DNA of 63,413 nucleotides, filler included, from Reticulomyxa filosa (taxonomy: Eukaryota; Protista; Foraminifera): the NCBI GenBank assembly GCA_000512085.1. It is 15 parts of 15 records of this genome, joined end to end, with 100 filler letters (N's around TTAATTAATTAA, not from the genome) between each part and the next. Parts side by side here need not be neighbours in the genome. Positions count along the whole stretch, not along the records: positions 1 to 18,324 come from ASPP01017285.1; positions 18,425 to 21,486 come from ASPP01006746.1; positions 21,587 to 24,676 come from ASPP01005082.1; positions 24,777 to 33,219 come from ASPP01004313.1; 11 more parts are not named here. The stretch is one strand, 5' to 3'. Of the stretch, positions 13,601 through 24,888 are shown in pieces (position 1 is the stretch's first letter; every line of letters begins with the position of its first letter). The position numbers and the translations under genes are program-made. Below the pieces are notes generated by a model that made no database searches, was not told the origin of the DNA, and was given only the letters and a program-made list of their open reading frames with translations.

Positions 13601-14758
13601 CAACCACTTCTTCATCTTTGAAATGTACTGGACCAACAAATCTAACATATATTTGATTTGAGGAAATATGACAATCAGTTATATACATATATCTGTACGT
13701 ATATATTGTTTTTCAAAACTCCAGTGCGTCCTTTTTCAGTTCGAACTCGATCTCCAACAAACATTTGAATATTATCGGGCAGCGAATCAAGTTGAACAGA
13801 TTGGGTGCACTAGAGTATGGCGAGCCCCTTTTTGCATTAAAGTAATGGACTCCGCTGTTGCAATTGCCACTAAAGTTCTCCAATTCAATTCTGAGCACAT
13901 TCTCACACTTTTCTACGCCTTCTCTGGAGGGGATTGTTACTTTCCAAACCACAGTGCCTTCTCCTTCGCTCGTGCGGACTTTATCACTAATTTTGATGGT
14001 TCATGGAGTTTGGAATCTTATGTGGCATTGACTGACTTGCGTCGGCTGGTGGATCTTGTGGAACAATATTGGGTCAATTTCTTCGAGAAAGCAAAATAAT
14101 CCAAATGATCATCTGCTTTGGAAAACTCTTTTCTATCCAATTCTCCATTGTAATAATTTGGATTGCTTTGATCCATCAATATTTCAATCACTTCATCTGC
14201 GAAATGAAATTTTTCCAATCCATTTCAACACCTGTATTTCCATTTTCCAATTTGACCATATCATTCACTTAACTGGCACGCTCATTTTCTCGACGTCAAA
14301 TATATTGTTGATTTTCTTTCCAACAAGTTCTGGCGTTTCTTTGTGTTCTACTTGCTTCTGTTTATCGTGAATTCCATCATCCGACGTCTCTATTTCCAAT
14401 TGTTGCAGCACTCTTGATATTGTTGATCTCACGTCGAAGTTGAACTGCACATTGATCGACTTGACTATCCTTTTCCAGTCTTTCTTCGGGCAACACCAAG
14501 TTCATAACGATTCTTTCGAGTGAAATAGCCACTGACACACCTTGCCTTGAAATAATCTTTGACATTGATCTCTCCGTCATAAGTCACTGTCCGTTGAGCC
14601 AACTCCAAACCAATCACTTCATCGCCTTTGAACTTGACCTTGCCAATTTTGCCACGTTGACTTTGTGAGTGGCTTTCTGCTGTCGTCGACCAGTCTCGAC
14701 AATGCGCTCAATGCGATTATGCGCATTTCCACAACGTTTTTTTGGGATAACATCCCAT
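10640..14758 (-). pseudogene. Multi-CAP-Gly domain protein pseudogene (copy B), about 8 degenerate CAP-Gly repeats
   Basis: Minus-strand relics: GKIGKVKFKGDEVIGLEL..YDG..DYF (~14640), FVGPVHFKDEEVVGIELNKW..KRYF (~13640), QVGDRV..RKGVVK (~13380), KYIGETDFAKMEIISLDLD..HNGK..KKYF (~12490), IIKYIG..EDKVVDIELNDWSANAYDGS (~12200), ELDEIVELINGMVATIR (~11030), then KEDWFFQCSKCKQ (~10700). Numerous stops and frameshifts. Confidence 0.85.
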
Positions 14759-15334
14759 TTTTCTTTTTCAAATTCCCCACCCTTTTTCCATTTTCTTTAA
14801 TTTTTTTAATCTTTTTTTTTCTTTTTCAATTATTTTTTTTTCTTCTTTTCATAATTATCATTTTTTTTTCTTTTTTTCTCATTTACAACTTTTTTTTCTT
14901 TCTTATTTCTTTCTTTTTTCTTTATCATTTTTCTTTTTTTTTATTTTTCTTAAAAAAATTTTTCCAACCATATTTTTTTCCCATCCCTTTTTCTTTTCTC
15001 CCAAATTTCCCATCCCTAATCTCAAATAAAAAATATATAATATAAAATAAAAATAAACTTTCCAATACTTTCTTCTTGCAATCCTATGAACACACATATT
15101 ATATAATTTTTTTATTTTTTAAAGAAAAAACAACATACTTTTGACTTGGAGCTAAGACTCCATTTCCAATCAAACTATCTTTTTTCTTTTGTCTCGGGGA
15201 GGGGGGTACATATATTTTTTGGGGGGGCATGCCTATTTAAACACAAACAAACATTTGATAAAAAAAAACATAAAAAAAAATTAATACAAACCATTTTATT
15301 TTATTTTTCAATGAGGGATGACTTCAACTCTAAT

Positions 15335-15640
15335 TTTTTCTTGGAGTGTGGGGACGCATATTTTTTTTTAATTGACGGGCTGATGCTGTTATTAAAAAAA
15401 AAGTTAATTTATTCCAAAAAAAAATTTATACAAATACATATCAAACCGTTTTTTCTCCTTGCGGAGACGGGGGACCTTACCCCATATTCAATTTTTTTTT
15501 TTTGACAGATGGGCTGCGGCTGTTATATACAAAACAGAAAGTTAATTTGTCAAAAAAAAATAATATAAATATATATAACAAACCTTTTTTTCTCCTTGCG
15601 GAGACGGAGCATTACCCCGTATTCAATTTTTTTTTTTTCT
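15335..15640. repeat. ~140-bp degenerate tandem repeat (about 2.5 units)
   Basis: TTTTTTCTCCTTGCGGAGACGG..TTACCCC.TATTCAATTTT occurs at ~15450 and ~15586, and GA.GGGCTG..GCTGTTAT..AAAGTTAATTT at ~15373 and ~15508. Confidence 0.85.
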
Positions 15641-16799
15641 CTTTTGCTGAAGGATGCAAGACATCCATAAAAAACCATTTTTTTTCAAGTTGGTGGTCTG
15701 TTAAAAAAAACACCACTTTTTTAAGTTGAAAAGTTATAAAAAATAAAAAAGACGTACTAGTTTGTAGAGGGCGTATATCACCCTAATTTCGGGCTAGTGC
15801 TAGAGACAACAAAACAAAAAGAAAAAATCCTTTTTTTCATAAATGCACAACTCATAAATGTTTATAAAAAAAGATTCCAAAATTGCAATTTTTTTGAATA
15901 TTTTAACGTTTTTGACAAAATAACTTGAAATAAAGAATTTCTAAAATTTTTATATATTATTCATTTGTGGTTCTACAATTGTGATGCCAAAAACAGGTTA
16001 ACCACATATAATTGAAAATCAAAATTTTTTTTTTGGTGAATACTTACTCTTTCTTGAGTAAAGATTTTTCTCTCCCAAGAAAAGTTTCCCTTTTTAGAAA
16101 AAGTTCTCTTGGACATTATAATTGTGTTTTGGTTCTTTTCAAACAATCTAACAATCCAAACGTATACAACATGGAGAGTTCCTTCAGCACTGCACCCCTT
16201 TGCAAAACTGTCACAGCTGCCGAAAAAGAAAGAAGCTAGTCAGTGTGAACACAAGACACTCAAAATGAATAAATTAGATATTCGATCATATGCCCTTTTC
16301 ACAGCCAAAAATAAAATCTACAATACTATCTTTTATCCATCGATCGAATTGGTGGTTTATAATAATCGGTACGTAGAATTACAAAAATTCATCACAGCAT
16401 TGGAGGGGTCAATTGTTACAACGAAGTTTCTAAATGTCAATGTACGTATTGGCCTTTTTTTTGTGAGCACTTTTTTTAACATAAAACTTTTTTTTATTAG
16501 ATCATGTTTTTATGTATTTTTTTTGTCATTGTATTATGATCAAATAAAGAAACAAGCTAAAACTCATTTCAAATCCAATGCGTCAATAGTTTGACTTTCC
16601 AAAAAAAAACAAAAAACAAAGTTGAAAAAATGTTTGATACCAAAAACAAGAAAATGTCATCGGGTTGATCGTATTGCAAACCTACACGTGGCACATTATC
16701 AAAACATGTAAAATATTCAACCGGGCAAACAGAACGAAAACGACGTTGTGACAAAGAGACACCTATCAAACAAAGCTATGAGCCCGTCAGTCCATTTTT

Positions 16800-18120
16800 G
16801 GCAGGTGTAAACAAAATCGCAGATGCAGTGGAAACCACACACTCGGTCCTCGAGGACGAAATGTGGCAATTGAAAGCAAATCGTGGAGTATGATAAGCCC
16901 GTCTTGTTATTCGTCGACAAAAAAAGTGTCAAGTGGTGTTGCTTTGGACAGTCTTATGGAACAAGTATTATATATGTATACATGTATATATTATATTGAT
17001 GAGTATATGATCCATGTATTGGCATACACAACACAACATGGTATAATAAATAATAAATAATAAATAATAAATAATAAATATAAATAATAAATAGTGTCAT
17101 CATAGCGGACATCCATTAGTGATTATTGCGGAAGATATTGATGGAGAGGCACTATCGCGTGCGCTGTCAAAGTTTGTTGGGAGGGACTAATAGGCTTGTA
17201 TTTTGCAATATATATATATATACATATATATTTGTATGTTAATTTACAACTTCACAATTGCACGATGAATACACTCTTTTATAGTCTAACTTATACATTG
17301 TTTGCAAAAATGATAGTCAGGCTCCGGGATTTGGAGATGTGCGAAAAAACAACTTACGTGATATGGCGATATTAACCGGCTGCCAAGTTGTGAGTGAAAA
17401 TCTTGGACAGAAAACTGAGGATGTGCAATTGAGTGACTTGGATTGTTGTGGACGCATAATGATAACAAAAGATGACACGACGATATTGAATGGACCTGGG
17501 AAACGTGAGGACATTGATGAACGTATATCTCAGCTTCGCACACAAATAGAAGAAACAGACAGTACTTATGAAAAAGAAAAGCTGGGCGAACGCTTGGGAA
17601 AATTAAGCAGTGGAGTAGGTGTAATTCGAGTAGGAGGAAGTAGTGAAGTCGAAGTCAATGAAAAAAAACATCGAATAAATGATGCACTGAATGCCACTAG
17701 AGCAGCTGTTGATCAAAGTGTTGTGATTGGAAGAGGTATTGTCTTATTGTACAGTACCAAAGTATTAGACAGTATTGAATTTGACAATGAAGATCAAAGA
17801 GTAGGTATTGATATTGTACGAAAAGCTATCCAATTACCAGCTATTGCAATTATTCAAAATAGTGGTAAAGAAGGAAGTGTATTTGCTGGAAAATGCTGGA
17901 AAATTCAAAAACAGATTCGAGATATGGTTACGACTGTGTCACTGATCAATGATGTGATTTACACGAATTGGGAGTCATTGACCCCATCAAAGTGGTTCGT
18001 ACTGCTTTGCGAGATGTTGCAAGTGTTGCTAGTTTGATGACCATAACTGAAGCTTTTATTACCCAACTTCCAAAGAAAGATGTTCCAAAAATGGATATGG
18101 GAGGCGCCAGAGCCTTTTAG
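16800..18120 (+). pseudogene. HSP60: Mitochondrial chaperonin Hsp60 pseudogene (intron-retaining, internally deleted)
   Basis: ADAV..TLGPRGRNVAIE jumps directly to EYDKPVLLFVDKK. Further motifs are IIAEDIDGEAL, APGFGDVRKNNLRDMAILTG and EKEKLGERLGKLSSGVGVIRVGGSSEVEVNEKK. Frameshift at ~17890 and in-frame stop before [13 protein letters not shown]. Confidence 0.93.
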
Positions 18121-18324
18121 AGACATGATCTCTACATTTGAACTCGACTGAATAAAAGATATTGTGCGAGGAATAAGCTAAAAGAGAAACAATTAAATAC
18201 ATCGTTTACAGAGTGGCAATTTAATATTTTTTTGATTAGAGCTAATCCATAACCAAAAAAATATGTCGTTTGTAAGGACGTGTATTGATCAGACATATTT
18301 GTTTGGTTTTTCCTTTTTTGTAAA

Positions 18325-18424
18325 NNNNNNNNNNNNNNNNNNNNNNNNNNNNNNNNNNNNNNNNNNNNTTAATTAATTAANNNNNNNNNNNNNNNNNNNN
18401 NNNNNNNNNNNNNNNNNNNNNNNN
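18325..18424. other. Artificial contig linker N44-TTAATTAATTAA-N44 (first of 14)
   Basis: Identical 100-nt spacer with six-frame stops starts at 18325, 21487, 24677, 33220, 40289, 43618, 46193, 48134, 49721, 51392, 58146, 59622, 60786 and 62004. Adjacency across linkers is not biological. Confidence 0.99.
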
Positions 18425-18549
18425 ACACACACACATAAAATGTTTAATAATCTTGTTTCCCCCCCCCCCCCCCCCTCACTTTGTATACGTAATGTATATA
18501 AAAAAAAAAATAAAAAATAAAAACAAAACAAAATGGTAATCTCCACACA

Positions 18550-21422
18550 AGATTGCATTTCGTTGCAGCATTTTTGAACCTCAATTGGAACTCCTTCACA
18601 TATTGGAAAACACGGCCAATCGCAGTGATGTGGCGAATGACAATGTCTTGGAAGACGCGATTTCGACGGTCGATTCGGGTGTCGAGGAGAGTGGTGGGGA
18701 CGAAGAGCGTCCGCAGTCGCATTCATTTGGCAACCTATCAAACGCAGGGAAGACGACCACACTGCGACTACGATCGTTGCCGGCACAGGGTAGTAGTAGT
18801 ATCTACAGCATGCCTCACATGGTAGATCCCTTTGTCGCTCAAAAGTCCCTGCCCTCGCAGGCGCGTTCACGCAGCGAAGATCACTATGGTCCGCCCAATG
18901 TCGTCCGCGCTGTCAGCGGAGAAGACTCTCTCTGTGTCAATGAAAATCCTGACAAAAGTCACGCCAATGAACATGCTTTTCATGCCACTCATCACAACGA
19001 CCTGAAACGCACTCATTCGCTATTGGGAATGCGTTTGCGAGCAAGGACCTTGGTTTTCGAAACCAATTTTTACAAACTGTCTCATCTCATGTCGATAGTT
19101 GAGTCATTTACCTCTTTTTTTTTTTTAATAGTAACGTATACACAAAGTATATATTTGTTTATTTATTAATCTATTTTAAACATACATAATAAATATATGT
19201 ACATGCCTTTAATAAAGCATAATCAACCCGACAAATGGATTTTGAAAAAGAAACTGCTGAGTTTGAAATATCCGCGAATGGAATTAATTGTTGCTCCACA
19301 TGCCAATGCGATACCCAAAACAAATGGAAATGCCACTTTTGCTTTCCACTTTCATGCCGTGCAAAGTCAAACTTGCGATTATAGCAAGTCGCCATTTCGG
19401 AAAGGAAATTGCTATGACTCCTTTGAACAAATTGGTTTTGCCAAGGCTGATTTTTTATCTTTTTCGGATATGGGTTACAAGTGTGTGTGTGTGTGTGTGT
19501 GTATTTTTTTGTTGTTACTTCTTTTTGCTTATTTCTCCTTACATTGTGTGTACATGTTTCATTTTTGTTGCTTTCTTCTGTCGTCCTCAAACGCAACAAA
19601 AGATCGAATTATCGTCCAGAGTCCTTTCCTGATGCTACGTATGAACTCTTTTCTTTTTGCATATCTACACACTCCAAATTTATACGTATATAATATATAC
19701 ATATATACGTATGTATCTTTGCCAACCTTAGAGAGGAAGGGAGGAAAAAAAACAATACAAAAAAAAAAAGAGAGGCATATAATGGACCGACTGCAGCCTT
19801 TCCTCCTCCCACTCCACGTGGCTTGTCAAGACCCAATATCTACAGCCAACCCAGCGTCACAGAACAATCAACACGCGATTTGCTCTCCCGTAGTGAACAG
19901 ACGGCTGCAAACGAAAAGGCCAAGTCCTCACAGATCGTCACCGATCCAAACACTCCGAAAAATACCTTGGATTATGACATTGTTGAAAAGATGGGCACTG
20001 GAATAGATCCAACATTAGCTGCTTTCGATATGACCCCAAAAGAAATGGATACACCAATGTATTACGCATACATTTCACACTTTTTATATATGTACATATA
20101 TATATATATATATGTATATACACATATCAATAGCTATAGCTTGCATTATATGCTTTTTTTTTTTCTCATGCTTTTAAATGACAATAGGTTTTATCGCTCC
20201 AATTCCACAGAACTGTTCTTGCGACAAAATTTGAAAAAGTCAAGCGAAGTGGTGATTGATCGTTGCGATTCCATACTCCAAACTTCCAATGATTGCAAGT
20301 TATCAACGATAGAGCTTCTTGACTTCTTTTTTTAAATTAATTAAAAAACAAACAAAACAAAACAAAACAAAACAAGGGATGACGAAAGGACAGAAGATGA
20401 AAGAACAAAGAGTCTTTTGAGTCCACCGATCCCAACCACGAATAGCACACCGAGCTTGGATGAGAATCAACAGACACCACAGAAAGACGACGGACTGTTG
20501 AAAACAAAGTCGTCAATGAAATTAAGTTTGAAATATTTGCAACATGCACAAAGTGCTTCGATGCAGTCTTCCGAAACCAGTTCACCGAACAAACTCGCTC
20601 CTGCAGACATTACTCAAGAGATTCCTGGGTTTAGAAATGTCACTCCAAGTTTATTTTTTTATTTCTTTTCTTTTTTTTTTTTTTTGAGCGATTTTTAAAT
20701 TGTATTGGACCGAACAAACATATACATATACATATATATATATATATACAATATATGTGCATATATGTATATGTATATGTGTTTGTACAGAACATGTGGA
20801 GGAAACCAATCCATTGGAAGAAATCAGTGTGTCGTCACAGCACTACGATACGTGGGTAATCGATGACTTGCGTTTGTTGTGGACGGAGCCAATCCGTGAG
20901 GCTATATTAGACTGGTGGCCTCTATTGTTTGGTCAATCCTCTGCCGAATCCACTGCAGCTGCGACATCGGACGATAAAAAGGCAAAACACTCCAACAGCA
21001 ATGACGAAGAAAAGTCAAAACCGAGCATCCAAAGTTTCGACTTACTTTTGTTTGTGTGTGTGTGTATACTTGGCTCCCAACTAGTATATATGTATGTGAC
21101 TACATTTGTGAAAATAGCAACAAACAACAAGAAGTCAACAAACGGCAAAGCAAAAACTAAAGCTAGTTCTGACAACGGAGACGCGGGGTCCAATGTGCAT
21201 ATTCTATCCAGGTACGTGTCACGCGAGAGTGTAATTACCGAGCCAATGCACAATTTGCTGAAGAAAGAGGCGGAAGAAGACTCGCCGACGTATGTATCCA
21301 AGACGTACAGCAGTCTTGGTCCTTTAAACAAAGCCACAAGTATTGCGTTGGACGCCAGTCAACCCATTGTCCTCGAAGAGTTTAAGCGACGATTGTGGTT
21401 GGTCAACTGCGAAAGACCACAA
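18550..21422 (+). CDS. Internal multi-exon fragment of a bridge-like lipid transfer protein (BLTP2/Hobbit/FMP27/SABRE-like)
   Basis: WVIDDLRLLWTEPIREAILDW and RRLWLVNCERPQ resemble the SABRE/KIAA0100 motifs (LKLLWT..RDAVW..; F.VNVIEPQ). GT-AG introns; both ends cut by contig edges. Confidence 0.7.
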
Positions 21423-21759
21423 GTTTGTCTTTTCATTTCATAATTTCACAGAGCATATATGTACATATATATATATATATATATATNNNNNNNNNNNNNN
21501 NNNNNNNNNNNNNNNNNNNNNNNNNNNNNNTTAATTAATTAANNNNNNNNNNNNNNNNNNNNNNNNNNNNNNNNNNNNNNNNNNNNAAAAAAAAAAACGA
21601 TTTACAGAACGCAGATTTAATGATCACTAAAAGCGATACAAAGTCAAATGATAAGACAAAACGTATGTCTTTTTTTTTCCCTCTCCCCCCCTTTCCCTGT
21701 CCTACAGGGGTTTTCGAAATACTAAAAAAAAAAAAATGGATTGTCTGTGTTTGGGATAA

Positions 21760-23016
21760 AAAGTGAAAAAAGAAAAGAAGAAAAAGAAGAGCAAAAAAAA
21801 CAAAGAAAAACACAAACACAAAACGAAATCGGGAACGAAAAAGAAAAAGAAGCGCCACAAACACGACAGCCCAGCCGAAAGCAATACGGCAAATCACATC
21901 GATAAACCCGATTCCACTACTACTGCAGTCACAAGCAATGAAATGCTTTTCAATGGTAGTACCAATGGAAACGCAAATGTGTTCTCTCAGCCAAGCTCCT
22001 ATCTTGCAAACCAAGGGAGTGTTATCAACAATGCCAACAGTGTCAACAATGTAAACAATGACATCGCCAAAGCCACTGCACCTAATCTCTTTGGGTTATG
22101 TCCGTATTATTTTTGTAGCACTGATGGACAAGGTTTAACAAGCGGAATCGCACCAGTTAATTTTTTTATGCTTGCTCCCCCCCCCCAAAAAAATAAAATA
22201 AAACAAAAACAACATTTAAAAAAAAAAAAAGACTGTGTATCAAATTTATAACAGTATGGCTATTATCCCAATTATTACCAATATTATTACAACACACCAG
22301 GACCTGTTTTCAACACGTTGTGGTCCACTTCTGCGATGGGGGCAAACAATGGTGGTTTCATACCGCTGATGGCACCTACAACGGCAGCAGCGGCAGCACC
22401 AATGTGCAACTCGGGCGGGTTTGCTAACAATGGAATATTTTCAATGCCGTCCTTGTGTTCCAACAGCGCAAATAGTAGCAGTGTTGCAAGCACAAATAGC
22501 GTCGGAAATGTTGGCCTCGAGTCTACTCCAAGTTCCACAACGAGTCCGAATAGCACCATTGGTGGAGGTTCAATCAAACCTGGCACAAGTGATCCAACTT
22601 ATCACAGTTATTTGCAATACTATAGACAATACTACCATATGATGAGCCATCATGGCAACATTGGATCGACTGGAATCGCGCAGCAGACACCTGGCGTGTC
22701 GCCAATGTTCATAGGCAATAATCACAACTTTCCTTTAAGCTTTTGGGGTATAAAGAATAATATAGATAACAATGTGGGATCGGAATCCATTTTACCTGTA
22801 TTTAACATGGAAGGAATCTCTAAAAAATGCAATCCAAAAGACACAAAATCAAACCACGAAAACAATAACTGCGACTCAAATAAAGATAACCCCAATGATA
22901 ATATGGTTTTGTCCTTTTATGATCCACTTGCTGGTAATGAAGTCACACATCACATGATGTCCACTACAAATGGAAATAATGAACTGGCAACCTTAGATCA
23001 TTTGGATGTCTCCTGA
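21760..23016 (+). CDS. 3' part of a low-complexity (K-rich, then N/S/G-rich) protein, function unknown
   Basis: Open exons ~21760-22150 and ~22255-23016 separated by a probable intron. Confidence 0.6.
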
Positions 23017-24196
23017 GTATTCAATGTTTTTTTGAAATTACTATCGTCTTTGCCAGCATAAACCAAACAACAAGAATGAAGATCTGTGTCTGATGCTGTG
23101 CGGATTTTTGTTTGTTGATGTTTGTTTTTGTCAGTTTCGGGTGTGGTTTTTGTCTTTTTTTTTGTGCTTTCTTTGTTCTGTTTTCCTCTTTTCTTCTTTT
23201 TGGCAGTGGTGACCTTGAAAAGAGGGCTGTCATTGTTTGTTAGTGCATTTACATGTAATATTACCGCCGCCACGCTTTTGATATATGCTTTTTCAAAATT
23301 TTTTACTTTAAAAAGTTAAACTTGGGCAATCAAATCTTCCTTTTTTTCTAAAGAAAAAATTAAAAAACGTCGAATTACGACAAACTAAACATTGATGTAT
23401 GTTTTTTAAAAGATGTCAGGATTCTTCGTCAATAAATTTAGACAGTCTTTGTTAAACACTAAGATTTTAGAATTTTGTCGATAATCTGTTATATCTCAAA
23501 ATACATTTTAAGACAGTCACAACATTTATTTGGAGTTTCTTTATATGTGACGATATTTTGTTGTTGAGACTAGTGTCCCCAGTAAAAACAATTATGTTGT
23601 TTGTTCGTTTAAAAAAAGATCATTCTGGGTACGACAGATGAAATCAAATTGAAATTTTTTGCAACTTTTTATCATAAAAAAATTTGATAACATTTTGACT
23701 TAGTTTTTTGCTTCCCAATTTTCTGTTTTTTTAAATTTTGATTTATTGAATTTGTTATAGGTTTAAATGCGAAGAGCTTAATGCAAAAAATATTTGAATT
23801 AATAAAATAACGTGTAAAACTGTTTGTAAAGTATTTATTTGATTTTTTTTCTATGACAAATTGAAGAAATATTTTTAATGTGTTGACCAATTTTCGCAAT
23901 TTCTCAATCTGTGCAATTAAATTTTGAAAGACATAAGTATCAATTTCATGAACGGATTAATTGATTTCCAAAACGAAAGTCGTTTTAGACTACGTTGCAA
24001 AAAGGGACGAATGAATTTTTTGATTTAAAAAAAAACTGTATGTAATCTTGTCTCCAAGACTTTTCTGATTGCAAGATAAACCACTTCTAATTTCTTAGAA
24101 ATATGGAGATTCTAGTAAAACTTTCTGTTATATTGGTTTTGGAACAGAAAAGGTTAAAAAAAAACACAACTACCACAACAATAACAATAAAAAAAA

Positions 24197-24676
24197 AAGG
24201 AAAAAGTAAAAGAGACAAGCGAACCTACAGACAGTCCAAACATAGAAAACGAAGAATTATCCAAGGACAAGAACGAGAACGAAGAAAAAGAAGGCTCAAT
24301 ATCTGAATTTGGTCAACGAGCAGTGAAAATAAAAAAATTAAATGACAGCAATAAAAAAGCTACAAAAGTTGAATCGACCAGTATGCCAAAAGGTAAAACT
24401 AAAATGGCTCAAAAATTTGCTACTTTCATTACCAAAACCGCTGATACTCTCGAATTTAACAAAAATGATAACAGCTATTTTTTGAGAGTTTAGAAATTAT
24501 ATAAATATATATGTATATATTTTTTAAATTAAAACAAATTATTATGTTTGTTATATGTAATTTTAGTTACCAACACCTGGTTTGAAAAGGGTCGTTGTTC
24601 AAAAATTTAAAGGCAAAAATTATGTTGGAGTTCGAGAATTTTATCAAAAAGATGGACAAGAATTACCTTCTCCTAA
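24197..24676 (+). CDS. PC4/Sub1 (p15) ssDNA-binding domain protein, 3'-truncated by contig end, 5' end uncertain
   Basis: Exon ..NSYFLR, GT-AG intron 24488-24566, then LPTPGLKRVVVQKFKGKNYVGVREFYQKDGQELPSP (PC4 signature). Missed by the ORF track. Confidence 0.85.
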
Positions 24677-24888
24677 NNNNNNNNNNNNNNNNNNNNNNNN
24701 NNNNNNNNNNNNNNNNNNNNTTAATTAATTAANNNNNNNNNNNNNNNNNNNNNNNNNNNNNNNNNNNNNNNNNNNNTCTATATTTGTAATGAAGAAAATT
24801 TAAAAACCAAAAGATATATAATCATTGTTATTGCTTACATACCTTTAATGTTTTTTTTTAATTATTTTATTATATGTACTTCATATTA

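Noticed and set aside
610-14758. Alternative genetic code or stop readthrough explaining in-frame stops
   Set aside because: Stops co-occur with frameshifts and deletions, and intact genes end with TAA, TAG and TGA normally.
1-15290. Giant transposon with ~4-kb terminal inverted repeats
   Set aside because: The arms are strongly diverged with different deletions, there is no transposase between them and no target-site duplication is visible. Independent family copies are more parsimonious.
22998-23273. Antisense 91-aa ORF overlapping the 3' end of the upstream gene
   Set aside because: Low-complexity K-rich translation of a T-rich 3' region; no domain support.
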